Shown: in pieces, positions 1-13,450 of the stretch
Layout of the letters: each line of letters begins with the position of its first letter
How positions within the stretch are numbered: position 1 is the stretch's first letter
DNA from: Chrysomallon squamiferum
Taxonomy: Eukaryota; Animalia; Mollusca
Assembly (NCBI GenBank): GCA_012295275.1
Contig: CM022678.1
Span: 5,580,001-5,644,000, forward strand
Length of the DNA: 64,000 nt
Direction of reading: 5' to 3'
The notes under the pieces: model-generated
Seen by the model: only the letters and a program-made list of their open reading frames with translations
Database searches by the model: none
Told to the model about the DNA's origin: nothing
Made by a program: the position numbers and the translations under genes

Positions 1-5
1 AATAA

Positions 6-36
<31 letters not shown>

Positions 37-379
37 AAAGAAGAAGAAGAAGAAAAAGAATGTTAAAGACAAAACATCGCACACTTAGTCTTGCTAAAAT
101 ATCTAAACTGTAATAAATTAATACATTTTAATCATGTAGTTTAAAATAAAATCGCAGTGAAGCTGTAATTAATTTTGTTTGTGTTATTATACTAATATTG
201 GGTGTACTAATATCACCAACAGCATCAACAGTGATAGAAAAAGTAAAGATATTAGTAATAATAACTGTAGTAATAGAAGTTCAGAAACAAGAGGCAACAG
301 TAAATAAGTATGATGGTAAGTATAACTTACGTTCTCGTTGTTGTTGTTGTTGTAGTTGTTGTTTGTTGTTTGTTTCTTC

Positions 380-865
380 CAAAATGAATTTTCGATGTAA
401 TGTTCGATATATCAGCTAAAACGTCTCCAACCCAGTTTTTACATCGAAGATCTTCAGCTCACCCGGATGTGGTATCACGTAACATTTGCTCCACCTCTTT
501 TTTTTTAAAACGATATACATGAATAGCCAGTGATTATTACCTTCTTCTTTTTTTCTTTTTTTTTTGTTACTGCTCAGTAGCAAGGAGCGTAAATAAAACT
601 TGCAAAGTGTTCGATTTACTGGTTCGGACTTCGTAAACATTTAGTTGTTGTGAAATTAGATTTGTCTGTGTGAAACATTTTTATCAGCAGAAACAAACTC
701 ATACACACAAACTTCTAAACTGTGGTGCATGCGAGTATGTACATGTATGCTTATTTTATTCATATAACAGATCTGTTTCATCTTGTTGTGTATATAGTTT
801 GGTTGCGACTAACAAGTATGTTTATAAGCAATGACTTCTTTTTCAAAAGTGATAAAATCATACTA

Positions 866-896
<31 letters not shown>

Positions 897-1920
897 TAGT
901 CCACGAACAGATAGAATTAAATTTCTACTAGTCATGTACATTTCAAAATGAGATTAGTCCATCAAAAATTCCAAAACTTTTCTTGATTGTACTGAACTGT
1001 TTATGAAAGTAAATATTGGTAATTACACAGATGTGTGTGAATAATTTTAAACATAACAAAACAATCACATTTGCATTTTTCTAGACAATTTTATTCAGTT
1101 ACACCAATTTCCTGAGATATCGGAAGAAAACATCAGACCGCCATCTCTAAAATGTTTAAACCTGTTTCTTTCTTTTGTTCCTGTTACCTATCGTTCATAC
1201 ACGTACTTAGAATAAGTTTGTCTATATTAAACAAATAAAGAACAAAATAAATAAATAAATAAATAAAAAAATAAAAATAAATAAACGAAACCAACCAACC
1301 AAGCAGACAAACAATTAATTAATTATTCAGTTAGGTTACCGTCTTAATTTTTTTTTTCTCCTTCACTTTTTATTCTTCACTAACCTACAATCCTTCGTAT
1401 CGAAGTCAGCTTAACATTTAAAAGTTTTCCCTCTCAACACAGCAGGGGGTCGTCGCGGAAGATATCAGTTTACTGTAGTCTTTATTCTTTTTATCTTTAT
1501 TACACATAGCTTTATGTGAATATCTCTTTTCCTCTGTCCCACGTTCTCTGTCGAGCATGATTAAAATGTTGTGGGTGTTGGGACTGTGGTGTGTTGTTGG
1601 TGTTGTCGTTGTTGTCACTGGTTTTACAAGTCTAAGCAACGATATTCGAGATTGTGATATTGTGGTCTTCTGTTGCAAATATGAATTTTGAAGGAGAAGC
1701 AAATGCGGCAGATGAATTTGCTTTAATGCACGTATTTCCCGATCCAGCTTTATGTGTTATGATTTACCATCAGCGGGAAGGTTTACATACACAAATTTTC
1801 TTGCTGCAATTCGATGAGAGGGTTGCTGTTTATCCTCTTGTGTTAATATTAGAACAATAAGAAAGAATGCTGATAAAATTGATGAGTTTATTAAATATAT
1901 GCCTATTCTGTTACTTCATT
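380..1920 (-). pseudogene. Possible decayed type II membrane enzyme gene (carbohydrate sulfotransferase-like)
   Basis: The minus-strand frame 1916-1418 gives a hydrophobic anchor (SSILSAFFLIVLILT), one internal stop, a Thr-rich stem and EEKRYSHKAMC. The 416-640 region gives NNHWLFMY...HPGELKIFDVKTGLETF, loosely like the Sulfotransfer_2 motif N-x-HW-x-P...HPC...YD-x-IGKLETF. This resemblance is by eye only. Confidence 0.3.
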
Positions 1921-2509
1921 TTCCCCCTAAATCTCTTTTTTCTTCTTCTTCTGTTATTATTATTAATAATATTACTCTTATTATTGTTGTTGTTGTTGTT
2001 GTTCATTAACTTTATTACTATTATTAAATTTTAGACACTAAGTACTGCGAAGATTTATTGTTCTATTAATATACTTTATTATTATAAAAGATTGATTTAT
2101 GTAAACTATATTAGGGCAGTGACAATGCTTGATTATGTTTTTGTTTTGTTTCTCTACATATTCTTACTCTTTTCTTTCCATTTCTCTTCCTTTTTATTCA
2201 TTTTCATTTTAATTGTTTTCTTCTTCTTTTGCATCGTCTATGAGATTTTTCTTTTTCCTTTCTCTTTTTGTTTTGTCCGCATAATTCTTCTGTTTTTCTT
2301 CTTCTTCTTCATCTTCCTTAATTCTTCTGTTGTTCTTCATTCACCTTTTTCTCTCTCCAGTTTTATTTCTTTTTTTCTTCTTCCTTTCTCTCTATCCTCC
2401 TCATTTGTCGTCCTGATGATTTACTTCTCCATCTTTCTATAATTCTCAGAATGTGGTGATGTTTATTAAACTGATTTCGATTATACTTCTTCTTCTTCGC
2501 CTTCTTGAA

Positions 2510-2525
2510 GTTATTGTTATTGTTG

Positions 2526-2589
<64 letters not shown>

Positions 2590-2642
2590 TATTATTATTT
2601 TTATTGTTACTACTATTATTATTATTATTATTATTACTACTA

Positions 2643-2673
<31 letters not shown>

Positions 2674-2735
2674 TACTATTATTATTATTATTATTGTTAT
2701 TATTATTATTATTATTATTACTATTATTATTATAT
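2510..2735. repeat. (ATT)n microsatellite, representative of many (also ~4970-5480, 10715-10825, 59290-59620)
   Basis: Read directly from the sequence; explains the poly-I, L, N and Y ORFs. Confidence 0.97.
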
Positions 2736-2991
2736 TAACAGTGTTTCTTTTCTCACTATTTTCAAACAAAAGAAGAAAACGATAACTGTGTGATTGTTGG
2801 TCAGAGTTATTCTGTCGGATTCAATCATATACTAAATAACTCAAACATTTTCTCTGGAATAAAAGTCGTATATTAGTACTTTACACACGTAACGTTGTTA
2901 TCATGTTTCTTGTATACCTTGAACGTACTAAATTTACCACTATGATATTATTACTGGTGTTGTAGTTGTTGTTGTTTCTCTCAAGAGAGAG

Positions 2992-3114
<123 letters not shown>

Positions 3115-3427
3115 TTTCGTTGCTAAATCAGTTTTATTACACGTTAAATTACTGTGCTGTTGGTAGATCGGATTGCGCATTGACTGAGGATATTTTGTAT
3201 TATTATAATGGGTTTTTTTTTGTTTGTCTTTTTTTTTTTTGTTATTGTCAACGTTGGCAAATTTTCCTCGTAGTCCTTAACAGTTGAGCGAGCGTTTCAG
3301 TATGTACCTAGTATAACTAGAATGTATTAAATTCACCACTACGATATTAATACTATTGTAGTTGTTGTTGATTCTCTTAACTAATGGGCTTCAGAATCGA
3401 CGCTTGCTTAAAACTGACAGAGGGAGG

Positions 3428-3650
<223 letters not shown>

Positions 3651-4088
3651 GTTTAGTTCCTAAATTAGTTTTTTGTCTTTTAAAATCATGGTGGTGCTGG
3701 GACATTGAGTGAGAAAGAAAGAAAAGTCGAAAGAAAGTAAGAAACATAAGAACTAGTTTATTAATGAACAAACAAAGGAAACCCAAAACAAATAAACAAG
3801 AAAATAAACATAAGCGATTTATTAGCTTTTTATTTTCCGTTGGGATACAAACAGACACATCAGATTATTAAGCAAGAAATAAAAAAACAAATAAACAAAT
3901 AAATAAAATTACCTATTTTCTTTCTCACATTGGTTTCTTATTATTTTCGAATGTATTTTCATAAGTTTATGACACTTATTTAATCAGTTTGAGATGCATA
4001 TGTAATGTTATTATATTAGTAGTAATGGTAGTAGCAAAATAGTAGTAGTAATAACAATAATAATAATGGTACTAACAGTACTAGTAAA

Positions 4089-4397
4089 CTAGAGACTGTG
4101 AACAAATATTGGAGTTTCTCCAGCGTTAGTTTTTAACATGACACACAGAGGAAGATCTGCCCATTTACAAAAGTTTATTTCCATTTTCCAGCCCAGTCCG
4201 TCCCATCTGTAGACCGGAGTTTGTCCTGGTGGAAACGTGACAGGTAGGTTCAGTCTTTCGGGACGTTTTGCTTCACTTGGCAAAATTCACATAATGTAGT
4301 TCGTTTTGTGAAATATTGCTTCTACTATCAGCGTCACGACAATAACCAGGAATAGTTTTGCGACTCCTGAAAAGAACTGATTGCTACCATTCGCCAT
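4089..4397 (-). pseudogene. Inverted, 3'-truncated FkbM 5' fragment with in-frame stop
   Basis: Minus strand reads MANGSNQFFSGVAKLFLVIVVTLIVEAIFHKTNYIM*ILPSEAKRPERLNL...TPIFVHSL*. It is highly similar to the first ~100 codons of both full copies and keeps the cag acceptor upstream of the ATG. Confidence 0.88.
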
Positions 4398-4415
4398 TTT
4401 TCAGATTCTGCCGAA

Positions 4416-4466
<51 letters not shown>

Positions 4467-4469
4467 TTT

Positions 4470-4581
4470 ATAAAAGTTTATTTCCATGTTCCGGCCCAGT
4501 CCGTCTAATCTGTAGACCGGAGTTTGTGACATGTAGGTTTAGTCTTTCGTGACGTTTTGCTCCAGTTGACAAAATTTTCAT
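4470..4581 (-). pseudogene. Second, more decayed inverted FkbM fragment
   Basis: Minus strand reads MKILSTGAKRHERLNL, followed by a deleted/frameshifted copy of actccggtctacagat...ggaaataaactttt. Confidence 0.75.
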
Positions 4582-5429
4582 AGTGATAATAATAATAAGA
4601 AGAAGAAGATGATGATGAAGAAGAAGAACAACAACAACAACAGTAACCACAACCTCAACAACAACCACAACAATAACAACAACAATAATGGTAATATAAT
4701 AACAACAACAACAACAGTAACCACAACAACAACAAGAATAATAATTATGGTTGTTAACAATAATTAACGTAGATTATGACGCTATGTTATGTGCTAACGA
4801 TGGTAGACGATAATATAGGTGATGCTGCTGTTTATTAACAGTGCTGGATGTAAATGTAAATGATGATGATGATGAGCTGGCACAGTAAGCCGATAGTACA
4901 GTCTGTGTGGTTGTGATTTCAGTACAACTTTGTCTGTGAGATACCAGAGCTGAAACAATGAGTTGTGTAATAATAATAATAATAATAATATTAATAATAA
5001 TAATAGTAATAGTAATAATAATAATAATAATAATATTAATAATAATAATAGTAATAGTAGTAGAATAGTAATGATAATAATAATAGTACTATCAGCAATA
5101 ATAATAATAATAATAGTAGTACTAGTAGTAGTAAAAATATTAGTAATAATAATAATAGTAATGATAATAATAATAGTACTATCAGCAATAATAATAATAA
5201 TAATAATAGTGGTAGTAGTTAAGGTAATAGTAGTGATAATCATAGTAATGATAATAATAACAGTACTATCAGGAATAATACTACTAATAATAATAATAAC
5301 AACAACAACAATAATAATAGTGTTAGTAATAGTAGTAATAAAATAACAGTTGTAATGACAGTAATAATGAGAGTAATATAGTAGGAGTAGTAGCATAGAA
5401 GTAGTAGTAATAATAATAGTACTATCACC

Positions 5430-5480
<51 letters not shown>

Positions 5481-5920
5481 TGGAAATTGAAAAAAATATA
5501 TGTAAGTATATATGGTACTGCTGAAACAAACCAATTTTTCACAAAAGACAGTCGGTATGTATTCTTTTTATGTGTTTTCTTAAGACACCTGTTGCATATT
5601 TTACACTTAAACTGTGAATAAAACTGTCTGTTTAAACAAATATTCTCAAAAGTTACAGAAAGAATATATATATGTCACTGAAGCGTATAAGAAATAACGT
5701 AGATTCAAAGACGCTGTGACAGAAGTGATTGTAGCTGTAGAGGAAGCCATAGTAGTACAGGTAATACTTAAAGTAGTTGCAGTAGTCACAATAAAAGTTA
5801 TTTCCGTAATAGTTTTAGTGGTAGCGGCTATAGTACAAATATACAAGTAGCAGTAGTCGTAGTGGTAGCAGTAGTGGTAGCAGTAGTAGTAGTAGTAGTC
5901 GTAGTCGTAGTCGTAGTCGT

Positions 5921-5999
<79 letters not shown>

Positions 6000-6530
6000 A
6001 AAACTAACTGTAGGAGTAGTTGATGGTGTTGTAATAACAGTATGACTATTATTAACGATGTACAAAGACAAAATAATTTTACATATTATGTATTCTTCTC
6101 TTCCGTATTTTGTGACCGCAAAAATTAAAATTGAGAAATAAAAATATCGAGATACAGGTGATATTTTCACATTTTGTGTTTCTTCATAACTAATATCTGA
6201 TCCTGGGCAATCAGTCTTGTTTCCAGATATTATCATGTTGCTGCCTCTTCCTAATTGAAATCTGTTTTTGAAATCAGGAAAACGGAAAGGATTTTTAAAT
6301 ATAGACAAACATTCAGCTTAGTACTTTTGTATCTCTGAGAAAATAGTCTGAACAAACCAAGACAAAGTTTCTTTTTCTTCTTCTTTTTCTTCTTCTTCTT
6401 ACTTTATTATTGTTGTTGCTGCTGTTACTATTATTATTATTATTATCATCATCATCATTACTGTTCTTGTTATTGTTGTCGTAGTTGTTGTTATTGTTGT
6501 AGTTGTTGTTCGTCTTCTTCCTTTTAATAC

Positions 6531-6584
<54 letters not shown>

Positions 6585-6599
6585 TGCAGACGCTGGAAA

Positions 6600-7619
6600 A
6601 TGGCGAATGGTAGGAATCAGTTCTTTTCAGGAGTCGCAAAACTATGCCTGGTTGTTATGGCAACGCTGCTCATAGAAAATATGTTATTTCATAAAACGAA
6701 CTACATCATGAAAATTTTGCCAAGTGAAACAAAATGTCCCGAAAGACTAAGCCTACGAGCCACATTTCCACCAGGACAAACTCCGGTCTACAGATGGGAC
6801 GGACTGAGCTGGAAATTGGAAATAAACTTTTGTAAATGGGCAGATCTTCCTCTGTGTGTCATGTTAAAAACTAACGCTGGAGAAACTCCAATATTTGTTC
6901 ACAGTCCAGAGAAAGACAACTGGTTATCGAAAAGGCTGCTTAACAAACAGCCGTGGGAACCTGAACATATAAATCTTGTACTGGATGAAATGAAAGCAGA
7001 TCCCAGTATGGGATTTCTTGATATCGGCTCTCACATTGGACTTTTCACTCTCCACGTGGCGAAGTCTGGTAGAAAGGTAGTTGCAATGGAAGTTTTGCCT
7101 GACAATCTTCAACGACTCTGTAAGTCTGTTGAACGTGGCGGTTTAACCAACAACGTCAAACTTATTCTCAATCCTATTTCAGACGGACACGGAATTCTTT
7201 CATTCAGAAATCCACAATCCAGTGCCTTTCTCGATCGCAACGCTCCACCGAACGCATCTACGTCGTCGTCGTTGTGCAGAGAATCTCTGTCGTTTCAGTC
7301 GGCAACGTTGGATGACGTGCTCACTTTTGTCACATTCAAGAAAGCTTTCATAAAAATGGACGTTGAAGGTTTTGAGCATCAAGTAGTCAGAGGAGGAAAG
7401 AAATTCTTCTCCGAAATCGACGTGCGAGGGATTCTGATGGAATGGGTTCTACACAGGAACAAAGAAGGTGAAAAGATTATCGAAGATATGGTGAAAATTA
7501 AGTATGTTCCTTTCGATTCTCTGTCACCTAAAAAACAGCTGAAACCCGAAGATGTACTGAAATGGCCGCATGACGTGCTTTGGAGAAAGACTAAGGACAC
7601 GAGCATCCTGTTTAATTAA
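6600..7619 (+). CDS. FkbM / Methyltransf_21-family SAM-dependent methyltransferase with N-terminal signal anchor (339 aa, single coding exon)
   Basis: Motif I FLDIGSHIGLFT, VVAMEV and FIKMDVEGFE are FkbM hallmarks. Hydrophobic LCLVVMATLLIENMLF follows a short basic N-terminus. An acceptor-like ctgcag lies about 10 nt before the ATG. Confidence 0.9.
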   Translation: MANGRNQFFSGVAKLCLVVMATLLIENMLFHKTNYIMKILPSETKCPERLSLRATFPPGQTPVYRWDGLSWKLEINFCKWADLPLCVMLKTNAGETPIFVHSPEKDNWLSKRLLNKQPWEPEHINLVLDEMKADPSMGFLDIGSHIGLFTLHVAKSGRKVVAMEVLPDNLQRLCKSVERGGLTNNVKLILNPISDGHGILSFRNPQSSAFLDRNAPPNASTSSSLCRESLSFQSATLDDVLTFVTFKKAFIKMDVEGFEHQVVRGGKKFFSEIDVRGILMEWVLHRNKEGEKIIEDMVKIKYVPFDSLSPKKQLKPEDVLKWPHDVLWRKTKDTSILFN

Positions 7620-8634
7620 AAGAATATTTCTAATTAGGTTATGCTCCATAACAAATTTTCTACAGAATGCTCACTAGTGCCATTCGAATAGTGTTTGGAA
7701 ATTAGATTTAAGTTAGTCCTTTTTTATTTTTTATTTTTTATTTATTTTTGTTTGTTAGTATTATAACCTGAATCTTAGGTTGTTCTTAATGTTATTTTCT
7801 ACAGTATGCTAAATAAAATTTTCATAACCATATATATTTATTCATATTTTACCTAATTTTTATTTATTTTCTTCTTCTACTGCTACTGCAACTATAACAT
7901 CTACTATTACTACTACTACTTGTTTTGCTACTGTTATTCTGCTATTTCCAATGCAATCGTATTGCCATTATTATTATTATCATCATCGTCATCATTCTTA
8001 TTCTTATAGTCATTGTCAGAGTCACCACCATCATCATTATCAACATGTTAATAATCATCTTAATCATTATCAATAGTTGTGGGTACTAGTATCTTGTCTA
8101 GCAGAAGTAGCAGAAGCGGTAGTAGCAATAGTAGTACCAGTGGCAGTAGTAGGTTCAGTAGCAATACCATTACTAGCAGTAATAGTAGAAGTAGTAGTAG
8201 AAGTAGCAGTATTTCATCTAGTAACAGTAACACTAGTAGTAGTAGCGGTAGTAGTAGTACTAGAAGTAGTAGTAGTACTAGTCATAGTAGTAGTATAAAT
8301 AATAGTAGTTATAGCAGTAGTAGTTGTAGTATATCGTTTTTGACTTATAATATATTGATGTTTACGTGTCTCACCTCTGTTTTTCTGTCTGTCTCTCAAT
8401 GTGTATCGCTGTGTATCTGTCACTGTTTCATATTGTGTTTCTGTTTGTCTCTGTGTTGGTTCTTTGTCCCTTTCTGTCTCTACGTCTGACTGACATACAT
8501 ACGAACTGATGAAAAGGAAACAAAGAGAGCTTGGTCAGCAGCAAAATAAAAATATTTGAATGTGTTTCAGGCTATAAACAGCCCGACAGACAGACAGACA
8601 GATGGATAGAGAGATAGACAGAGAGAGAGAGAGA

Positions 8635-8724
<90 letters not shown>

Positions 8725-8742
8725 GAGATAAATAGAGAGATA

Positions 8743-9055
8743 CATTTTGCAACTGAGATAATTCATATTAGCTTAAATCTGACGAAAATCACTTTAGGTA
8801 TAATAGTATTTTTAAACAGCATGTGCATTTTCACATGCTTCATTATTCGTAGGTGACACAAAAGATTTCACATCTCACAAATTACATAAACTGTGTACGT
8901 TATTCACACAACTGACAACATTTTTCGAATAGTACACACTTTTTTTTACGAATGACACAGGATTTATACAGATGAGAGTTTTCTAAAATTATACATACGA
9001 TTTCGCATCTGACAATATTTTTGAATAACACATCTGATTTCATATCTGACAGTTC
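8743..9055 (+). repeat. Non-coding block A (paralog at ~17073-17380)
   Basis: Shared cattttgcaactgaga, ataattcatattagcttaaatctgac and aagatttcacatctcacaaattacataaac. Confidence 0.85.
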
Positions 9056-9144
9056 ATTTAAATTTCACGTATACATATCACTGTTTCTACGATGTATGTG
9101 TATATATGTGTGTGAGTGTATATTTACCAAAGTAAGAGTGTATG

Positions 9145-9497
9145 TAGTATTCACAAAGAACACACAGACACACAAAAATGCAGTGTATCAGTTGGAGGGT
9201 AAAAAAGATACAGGAAGCAAAGCATTAACATTAATTTTCTAAACGTCATCAAATTCAGATACGTGATAAGATCTGATGAATTATACGACTGATAATGTTC
9301 CAAGTGTTGCGTAAAAAACATCTTATCTGATATCTACGTTTATGTCAGCACATCTCAGATTTGTTAATGTACGTAATGCGTAGGTGGAAGTAACCTTTTA
9401 GGGATTTTCCCTTTGTATATTAAATTGTGTGTGTGTGTGTGTGTGAGTGTACGTGTGTCTCTTTCTCTGTGTGTGTGTGTCTCTGAGTGTGCGTGTG

Positions 9498-9587
<90 letters not shown>

Positions 9588-9715
9588 TGTGTCTGTGTGT
9601 GTGTATTGATATGTATGTATGGTTATCATTTGTCATATCTGATGTGACTTTTTCTACTTTCCAACTTTTGTTCCAGGATTCTTTCCCTTTTTTATTCTTA
9701 CTTTAATTAATTAAT
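9145..9715 (+). repeat. Non-coding block B of the FkbM segmental duplication (paralog at ~13830-14375)
   Basis: Long near-identical stretches, e.g. aaaaaagatacaggaagcaaagcatt, catcttatctgatatctac and ggttatcatttgtcatatctgatgtgactttttctactttcc, occur in both places. Confidence 0.9.
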
Positions 9716-9752
9716 TAATTAATTTATTTATTTATTTATTTATTATTTTATT

Positions 9753-9847
<95 letters not shown>

Positions 9848-10712
9848 GTAGGTGGCAGTAACGTTTTAGGGTGTATGCGTGTCATTTCTTCTGATTAAAA
9901 AACACGTTCTTCGTGGACAAAGCTAACTGCACAACAATACATACAGTCGTTTCATAAATATTTACGTACTCCGAAAGAGAAAAATAACTACAAATAAAAA
10001 TAAAAATCTTTACAATATTTATCACGCTTGTTGCTAGTAGGCAGTAAAAATAATAACTGACTGTACATGCATATGATGTTAACCTGGGCAGAGCTAAGGT
10101 ACCCGGATGTATCCAAGGTCGGGTAGGAAGTACACTGGTTGGGAGATGTTTCAGTGGATATAATCGTACATCAGCTCGGTATTTCATTTCAGAAGAAACG
10201 AAAAGAAACAAACAACAGAAATAAAAACAAAAAACAACGACAAAAAACAGAAGCCACAATCGTAAAAAAAACAAAAAAAACAGGTAAGTTTTACTTATTA
10301 ACATACTTATTTATTGTTATTGTACTTCTATTAGTATATTTATTATTACTACTACTACTGCTACTACTACTGCTGCTGCTGGTTGTACGTTTTCTGTTGC
10401 TGTCGCTGCTATTGGTAATATTAGTACACCTAATATTACCGCAATAGCAATTTGTACAGTTTTTTTTAAACTATATCATTAAAATAAATGAATTCATTAC
10501 AGTTTGGTTATTTTAGCAAGAATAAGTTGGTTTTTTGTTTGTTTTTAATGGCATGATATCAGTATGACTTATTTTCTCTGCCTGAATTTACATTCGTAAT
10601 CATTTTCATCATTATTATCATCAGAATGATTATCATTATTGATATCATCATCATCGCCGCCATCATCATCATTATTATTACCAATATTATCTTCCTGCTA
10701 TTATTATTATTG

Positions 10713-10794
<82 letters not shown>

Positions 10795-10885
10795 TATTAT
10801 TATTATTATTTTTATTATTATTATTAATTTTGTTGTTGTTATTGTTGTTGCTGTTCTCTGTCATGCCGTTTCCATTTAGCTATAA

Positions 10886-10916
<31 letters not shown>

Positions 10917-12431
10917 TATACAGTAACACGTTTTTGTTCACTACAAACACAACAAGCACAAGTCACTTTTAAAGCTGTATTAGCGCTAAATCCCAACAAC
11001 ACTGAGTAGAGCAGAACAGTACTGAATGACGATAATGTGTCACAACACTCATCAAAAGAGTTTTATACATGCAAAGGGAATCGAAGCACAGCGGAATTCA
11101 CGGCAGACCGAATCAACCAGTCATGACAAAAGCGACATTTTACAGGCGCAAAATAAAACATTCTTGTTATTCTTGCTGTTATCATTGTTACTCTTGTCTG
11201 TTTGTTTTCTATCACTACTACTTAAAAAATATATATTATTTATTGTAATTTATATAGATAGATAGATAGATAAATATCAGCATGTACCACTGCTATTTCT
11301 ACTCATGTGTATAAATCCTGTGTCATTCTACTAATACTACTACTTCTGCTACTACTACTGCTTGCTGCTATTATCATCATTATTATCATTATTGTTGTCA
11401 TTATTTAATGTTATTAGTGTTTTTATTATTATTATTGTCATCATCACTGAGTTGTCATTGCTCTTATTATTATTATTATTATTATTATTATTTATTACTA
11501 TGTAGTATAGTAATAGTAGTAGTAGTAGTAATAGTAGTTGCAGTAGTAGTAGTAGTAGTCGTAGTGGTAGTAGTGTCAGTAGTGTTAGTATCAGTGTCAC
11601 TGACGTAAAAAGGAAAACACTATAATTTACAGGTCATGATGTAATTTGTTCGTTGTAGTGAAAAACAGCTAGACAGATAGTGGTAACAATGGTATTGACG
11701 TACTGTCTAAATAATAATAATATCCAATTACTATGGTATTTGTCAAATGGATGATAACCCTAGGTAATATGACGTCAAACAGACATGCCAGTACATAGTG
11801 TACTGAACTGAGGGTTGTCCTCATATAACTGTTCCATAATTTTAATTTGTTTTTCTAAATAACAACAACAACAATAACAATAGTACTACAAGCAGCAGCA
11901 GCAGCAGTAGTGTCAGTAGTAGTAGTAGTAGTAGTGGCAGTAGTGGCAGCAGTAGTAGTAAAGTAATAATAAGAATAATAAGAAGAAGAAGAAGAAGAAG
12001 AAGAAATATTAATTTTGTTTGTTTAGACTGTTTTCTCAGAGATACAAAAACACCAATCTGAATATTTGTGTATATTCAAAAATCATTTGATTTGTCCTGG
12101 TTTTAAAAAAAAAAAGAAGAAAAAAAAAAAATGTTATTAGGAAAAGACAGTAACACGTTAACATTTAGAAACAACACTGACTGCCAAGTACGTATATTCG
12201 TTACGAAGAAAAACAAAATGTAAAATATTACCATTGTCAATACTAACACTTTTCTTTCTTCTTTATTTCTTTCTGTTTCGTGTTCATCGTTCGTTACCAT
12301 CACGTTTAGCTTCATGGTTCTGTATTATAAATACTACATTGGTTTCTAAACACTTTGTCATGCGCTTTTAATGACATATATATTTGTTGTAACATTCTAA
12401 CAATCATTGTTATTGTTGCAGAGACTGAAAG

Positions 12432-13450
12432 ATGACGAATAATAGGAATCAGTTCTTTTCTGGAGTCGTAAAACTATGCCTGGTTGTTATCGTAACGCTG
12501 CTCGTAGAAACTATATTTCATAAAACGAATATCATTATGAACATTTTGCCAAGTGAAGCAAAACGTAACGAAAGACAAAACCTACCTGCCACATTTCCAC
12601 CAGGACAAACTCCGGTCTACAGATGGGACGGACTGGGTTGGAAAATGGAAATAAACTTTTGTAAATGGGCAGATCTTCCTCTGTGTGTCATGTTAAAAAC
12701 TAACGCTGGAGAAACTCCAATATTTGTTCACAGTCCACAGAAAGACAGCTGGCTATCGAAAAGGCTTCTTAACAAACAGCCGTGGGAACCTGAAAATATA
12801 AATCTTGTACTGGATGAAATGAAAGCAGATCCCAGTATGGGATTTCTTGATATCGGCTCTCACATTGGACTTTTCACTCTCCACGTGGCGAAGTCTGGTA
12901 GAAAGGTAGTTGCCATGGAAGTTTTGCCTGACAATCTTCAACGACTCTGCAAGTCTGTTGAACGTGGCGGTTTAACCAACAACGTCAAACTTATTCTCAA
13001 TCCTATTTCAGACCAACACGGAATTCTTTCATTCACAAATCCACACTCCAGTGCCTTTCTTAATCCCAACGCTCCAACGAACACGACTACGTCGTTGTCG
13101 TTGTGCAGGGAACCTCTGTCATTTCAGTCCGGCAACGTTAGACGACGTGCTCAACTTCATCACATTCAAGAAAGCTTTCATAAAAATGGACGTTGAAGGT
13201 TTTGAGCATCAAGTAGTCAGAGGAGGAAAGAAATTCTTCTCCGAAATCGACGTGCGAGGGATTCTGATGGAATGGGTTCTACACAGGAACGAAGAAGGTA
13301 AAAAGATTATTGAAGATATGATGAAAATGAACTATGTTCCTTTTGATTCTCTGTCACCTAAAAAACAGCTGAAAACCCGAAGATATAATGAAATGGCCGC
13401 ATGACGTACTTTGGAGAAAAACTAAGGACACAAGGATCGTGTTTAATTAA
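12432..13450 (+). pseudogene. Second FkbM methyltransferase paralog with two +1 frameshifts (pseudogene or sequencing error)
   Basis: Co-linear with 6600-7619. It has an extra C at ~13130 (cagtcc vs cagtc) and an extra A at ~13375 (gaaaaccc vs gaaaccc). Removing both restores a 338-aa ORF ending TTTAATTAA at 13450. Confidence 0.8.

Noticed and set aside
6600-7619. Bacterial contamination as the source of the FkbM gene
   Set aside because: It is embedded in host-type microsatellites, has a splice acceptor before the ATG, and is duplicated together with host flanks.
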